This document shows positions 28,308 to 32,000 of a stretch of 32,000 nucleotides of DNA, one piece after another. The notes beneath the pieces are model-generated. The model saw nothing but the letters and a program-made list of their open reading frames with translations, had not been told where the DNA came from and searched no databases. Each line of letters opens with the position of its first letter. The first letter of the stretch is position 1. The stretch spans positions 5,790,001 to 5,822,000 of the forward strand of contig NZ_LN831039.1 of NCBI RefSeq assembly GCF_001457595.1, in the 5' to 3' direction. A program made the position numbers and the translations under genes. This DNA is from Mycolicibacterium smegmatis (lineage in GTDB: Bacteria > Actinomycetota > Actinomycetes > Mycobacteriales > Mycobacteriaceae).

Positions 28308-30455
28308 TTACGACTCCAGCGAGGCGGGCGGGTTGAACCGGTCGCCGTAGCGCTCGGCCAACTGCTTGGCACGGGCCACGAAGGCCTCCTTGCCGACACC
28401 CAGTTCACCCTCGTAACCCTGGATGAACTGCGCGCTGCCACCGGTGTACGGCGGGTAGCCGATACCCATGATGGAGCCGATGTTCGCGTCGGCCGTCGAG
28501 GTCAGCACACCCTCGTCCAGGCACTTCTGGGTCTCGATCGCCTCGGCGAACAGCATGCGGTCGATCATGTCCTGCAGCGGGATCGAGGCGTTGCCCGAGC
28601 CGAATGTCTCGGCCAGGCCCGGCCACAGACCCACGCGCTTGCCGTCGGCGTACTCGTAGAAGCCGGCGCCCTTCAGACGCGACGGACGACCGATCTCAAT
28701 CATCTTGTTCACCACGGCCTCGGCCGGGTGCGGCTGGTAGGAGGCGCCCGTGGCCTCGGCGGCCTTGCGGGTTTCGGTCGCGATCTTCTGCATGAGCTCC
28801 AGGTTGAGCTCGTCGGACAGCTGCAGCGGCGGAGCCGGGTAACCGGCCTGCTTGCCTGCCTGCTCGATGCTGGCCGCGGGCACGCCCTCACCCAGCATCG
28901 CCAGCGCCTCGTTGACGAAGGTGCCGATGACACGGCTGGTGAAGAAGCCGCGGCTGTCGTTGACCACGATCGGGGTCTTGCCGATGGCCAGCGTGTAATC
29001 GAACACCCGGGCCAGCGCCTCGTCGGAGGTCTTCTCGCCCTTGATGATCTCCACCAGCGGCATCTTGTCGACCGGCGAGAAGAAGTGGATACCGATGAAG
29101 TCCTCCTGGCGCTTCACACCGGTCGCCAGACCGGTGATCGGCAGCGTCGAGGTGTTGGACCCCAGGACCGCGTTGGGCTCGACGATGTCCTCGATCTCCT
29201 GGAACACCTTGTGCTTGAGTTCGGAGTTCTCGAAGACGGCCTCGATCACGAAGTCGACACCCTTGAGGTCGGCCGCATCGGCGGTCGGCGTGATCCGCGC
29301 CAGCAGCGCGTCGCTGCGCTCCTTGGTGGTCTTGCCACGCTCGAGCGCCTTGGCCTCGATCTTCTCCGAGTAGTTCTTGCCGCGTTCGGCGGCCTCGAGC
29401 GTGACGTCCTTGAGGACGACCTCGAAGCCCGCCTTGGCCGACACGTAGGCGATACCGGCGCCCATCATGCCCGCGCCCAGGACACCGACCTTCTTGATCT
29501 CCTGCTTGGCGATGCCGTCGGGACGCGAACCGCCACCGTTGATGGTCTGCAGGTCCAGGAAGAAGGCCTGGATCATGTTCTTCGCGGTCTGGCCGGTGAC
29601 CAGGCTGACGAAGTAACGGCTCTCGATGCGGGTGGCGGTCTCGAAGTCGACCTGTGCACCCTCGACCGCGGCGGCCAGGATGGCGCGCGGCGCGGGCATC
29701 GGCGCACCCTTGAGCTGCTTTTTCAGCAACGCCGGGAACGACGGCAGGATGCTCGCCAGCGCGGGGCTGGACGGCGTGCCGCCGGGCATCTTGTAGCCCT
29801 TGGCATCCCACGGCTGGGTGTGGGCTTCCGGATTGGCCTTGATCCACGCCTTGGCGGCCGGGACCAGTTCCTCGACGCTGCCGACGAGCTCGTCGACCAG
29901 GCCGACCTCCTTGGCCTTGCCCGGACGGAACCGGGTGCCCTGGCTCAGCACCTCCATGAAGGCCTTCTGGATGCCGAACATGCGCACGGTGCGGGCAACG
30001 CCGCCACCGCCGGGCAGCAGGCCCAGGGTGACCTCGGGAAGACCGATCACCACGCCCTTGACGTCGGCCGCGATGCGGTGATGGCAGGCCAGCGCGATCT
30101 CCAGGCCACCGCCGAGCGCGGCGCCGTTGATGGCGGCGACGACGGGCTTGCCCAGGGTCTCCAGCTTGCGCAGATCGGCCTTGATGAACTCGACCTCGGC
30201 GAAGGACTCGGCGGCGTTCTCCGGGCCGACCTTCATCATGCCCTTGAGGTCACCACCGGCGAAGAAGGTCTTCTTCGCGCTGGCGATGACCACACCGGTG
30301 ATCGAATCCTTCTCCGCGACAAGGCGTTCCACGGCATTGTGCATGGATTCCTTGTAGTGCTCGTTCATCACGTTGGCCGAGCCGGTCGGGTCGTCCAGCG
30401 TCAGCGTGACGATGCCGTCGGCATCCTTGTCCCACTTGATGGTGTTTTCAGCCAT
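28308..30455 (-). CDS. fadB: Fatty-acid oxidation multifunctional protein FadB (enoyl-CoA hydratase / 3-hydroxyacyl-CoA dehydrogenase)
   Basis: The ORF contains the crotonase motif KPVVAAINGAALGGGLEIALACHHRIA and the Rossmann dehydrogenase motif KKVGVLGAGMMGAGIAYVSAKAGFEVVLKD, with IGIHFFSPVDKMPLVEII. Confidence 0.95.
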   Translation of the reverse strand: MAENTIKWDKDADGIVTLTLDDPTGSANVMNEHYKESMHNAVERLVAEKDSITGVVIASAKKTFFAGGDLKGMMKVGPENAAESFAEVEFIKADLRKLETLGKPVVAAINGAALGGGLEIALACHHRIAADVKGVVIGLPEVTLGLLPGGGGVARTVRMFGIQKAFMEVLSQGTRFRPGKAKEVGLVDELVGSVEELVPAAKAWIKANPEAHTQPWDAKGYKMPGGTPSSPALASILPSFPALLKKQLKGAPMPAPRAILAAAVEGAQVDFETATRIESRYFVSLVTGQTAKNMIQAFFLDLQTINGGGSRPDGIAKQEIKKVGVLGAGMMGAGIAYVSAKAGFEVVLKDVTLEAAERGKNYSEKIEAKALERGKTTKERSDALLARITPTADAADLKGVDFVIEAVFENSELKHKVFQEIEDIVEPNAVLGSNTSTLPITGLATGVKRQEDFIGIHFFSPVDKMPLVEIIKGEKTSDEALARVFDYTLAIGKTPIVVNDSRGFFTSRVIGTFVNEALAMLGEGVPAASIEQAGKQAGYPAPPLQLSDELNLELMQKIATETRKAAEATGASYQPHPAEAVVNKMIEIGRPSRLKGAGFYEYADGKRVGLWPGLAETFGSGNASIPLQDMIDRMLFAEAIETQKCLDEGVLTSTADANIGSIMGIGYPPYTGGSAQFIQGYEGELGVGKEAFVARAKQLAERYGDRFNPPASLES

Positions 30456-30483
30456 GATTTTCAGTCCTTTTCCCGACGCGCGC

Positions 30484-31695
30484 TCAAACTCGTTCGATGA
30501 TGGTGGCCACGCCCATGCCGCCGCCCACGCACAGCGTGATCAGCGCGCGCCGGGCGCCGCGGCGCTCCAGCTCGTCGACCATGGTTCCGGTGATCATGGC
30601 GCCCGTGGCGCCGAGCGGGTGGCCCATCGCGATGGCGCCACCGTTGACGTTGAGCTTCTCGTCGGGGATGCCCAGGTCCTTCTGGAACTTCAGCACCACC
30701 GAGGCGAACGCCTCGTTGAGCTCGAACAGGTCGATGTCGTCGACCGTCAGGCCGGCGCGGTCCAGCACCTTCTTGGTGGCCGGGGTGGGGCCGGTCAGCA
30801 TGATGACCGGGTCGGCACCGGAGGTCGCGGTGGCGACGATGCGGGCACGCGGGGTCAGGCCCTGCGACTGGCCCGCCTTCTCGCTACCGATGAGCACCAG
30901 CGCGGCGCCGTCGACGATGCCCGAGCTGTTGCCGCCGGTGTGGACGTGGTTGATCTTCTCTATCGAGTGGTACTTCTGCAGCGCCACGTCGTCGAAGCCG
31001 CCCATCGCGCCGACACCCTCGAATGCGGGCTTGAGCTTGCCCAGGCTCTCGACGGTGGTGCCGGGACGCATGTGCTCGTCGTGATCCAGCACGACCAGGC
31101 CGTTCTGGTCCTTCACGGGCACCACGGACTTGGAGAAGTAGCCGCCCGACCAGGCCGCCGCGGCGCGCTCCTGCGAGCGTGCGGCGTAGGCGTCGACGTC
31201 CTCGCGGGAGAATCCCTCGATGGTGGCGATCAGGTCGGCGCCGATACCCTGCGGCACGAAACCGATGCGGTAGTTGGTCTCGGGATCACCGGCCCAGGCG
31301 CCGCCGTCGGAACCCATCGGCACGCGGCTCATGGACTCCACGCCGCCGGCGAGCACCAGGTCGTCCCAGCCCGAGCGCACCTTCTGCGCGGCGATGTTCA
31401 CGGCCTCAAGGCCGGACGCGCAGAAGCGGTTGAGCTGCACACCACCGGTGGTTTCCGGCAGGTTCGCGACCAGCGTCGCGGTGCGGGCGATGTCGCCGCC
31501 CTGGTCGCCCACGGGCGACACCACGCCGAGCACGAGGTCGCTGATCAGGGTCTCGTCCAGGTTGGGGAAACGGACTCGCAGTTCATCGATCAGGCCGACG
31601 ACCAGGTTGACGGGCTTGATCTCGTTGAGGGCTCCGCCACGCTGCTTGCCGCGTGGCGTACGAATAGCCTCGTAGATGAAGGCTTCTTCGGACAT
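30484..31695 (-). CDS. fadA: Acetyl-CoA acetyltransferase / thiolase FadA
   Basis: The ORF contains [29 protein letters not shown] (active Cys), [19 protein letters not shown] and [18 protein letters not shown] motifs. Confidence 0.95.
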   Translation of the reverse strand: MSEEAFIYEAIRTPRGKQRGGALNEIKPVNLVVGLIDELRVRFPNLDETLISDLVLGVVSPVGDQGGDIARTATLVANLPETTGGVQLNRFCASGLEAVNIAAQKVRSGWDDLVLAGGVESMSRVPMGSDGGAWAGDPETNYRIGFVPQGIGADLIATIEGFSREDVDAYAARSQERAAAAWSGGYFSKSVVPVKDQNGLVVLDHDEHMRPGTTVESLGKLKPAFEGVGAMGGFDDVALQKYHSIEKINHVHTGGNSSGIVDGAALVLIGSEKAGQSQGLTPRARIVATATSGADPVIMLTGPTPATKKVLDRAGLTVDDIDLFELNEAFASVVLKFQKDLGIPDEKLNVNGGAIAMGHPLGATGAMITGTMVDELERRGARRALITLCVGGGMGVATIIERV

Positions 31696-31786
31696 GTAGA
31701 TCTCCAGGTCCTGTCAAGGGTTGGTGTGACGGGCATGAACCCGCGTGGAGGTGTTTTGTCCTCTGCGCGCGAGCCTAGCAGCCTCA

Positions 31787-31804
31787 CCCAACCGCTTGGT
31801 TGGG
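31787..31804. promoter_or_regulatory. Candidate operator palindrome CCCAACC-gctt-GGTTGGG upstream of fadA
   Basis: The 7-bp arms are perfect, and the site lies in the 146-nt gap between the upstream gene and the fadA start. Confidence 0.5.
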
Positions 31805-31841
31805 ACGCCTGGAGATGTGGTGCAGTTCCTACTCGGCGGCG

Positions 31842-32000
31842 TTACTTGGAAGCGCCCTCCGTGTCGTCGAAGAAGTGCCATTCGCCGCCCTGCTCGACCT
31901 CCATCCGCCAGCCCAGCTCGGTGTTGTCGGCCCGTTGGTCGACGAACCAGGCATGCGCGTCATCGGCGCTTTCGATGTCTTTGGTGTCGACGACGTCGCC
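31842..32000 (-). CDS. C-terminal part of an unidentified conserved protein (runs off window)
   Basis: The minus-strand reading is ...GDVVDTKDIESADDAHAWFVDQRADNTELGWRMEVEQGGEWHFFDDTEGASK*. Confidence 0.5.
   Translation of the reverse strand, partial: GDVVDTKDIESADDAHAWFVDQRADNTELGWRMEVEQGGEWHFFDDTEGASK

Noticed and set aside
28728-30500. 590-aa + strand ORF opposite fadB
   Set aside because: It is an antisense frame of a well-supported fadB gene and carries no motif.

Overview
The window is GC-rich mycobacterial chromosome, most like Mycolicibacterium smegmatis. The left half matches the M. tuberculosis Rv0876c-Rv0861c order: MFS transporter, DUF2771-like protein, GST-like reductase, cspB-like, YccF, moaA2, moaD2, rpfA, moaE2, mog, moaC2, a small conserved protein, a helicase-associated protein and the XPB/ERCC3 helicase. 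The right end holds fadB and fadA. Between the XPB helicase and fadB lies an accessory block of about 15 kb. Its main feature is an ESX/type VII-associated gene cluster (EspA-like, EspC-like, YbaB-like, DUF2510) broken up by mobile elements. Two same-length, inverted IS1096-type copies (14745..17001 and 19736..21992, 2257 bp each) bracket a 2734-bp segment. Their 8-bp flanks match crosswise as reverse complements (ggatttgg/ccaaatcc and agtttgct/agcaaact), which is the signature of an inversion. A smaller ISL3-family element (18245..19703, target duplication agaatgat) sits inside the inverted segment. Removing that element and undoing the inversion by hand rejoins a YbaB-like gene in frame (about 179 codons, one internal TAG) and makes all four cluster genes co-directional. 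Other points of interest are a c-di-AMP (ydaO-type) riboswitch and a GTGA-N6-TCAC CRP-like site upstream of rpfA, two apparent -1 frameshifts in the Pro/Ala repeat part of rpfA, and a 24-bp perfect palindrome between rpfA and moaE2.
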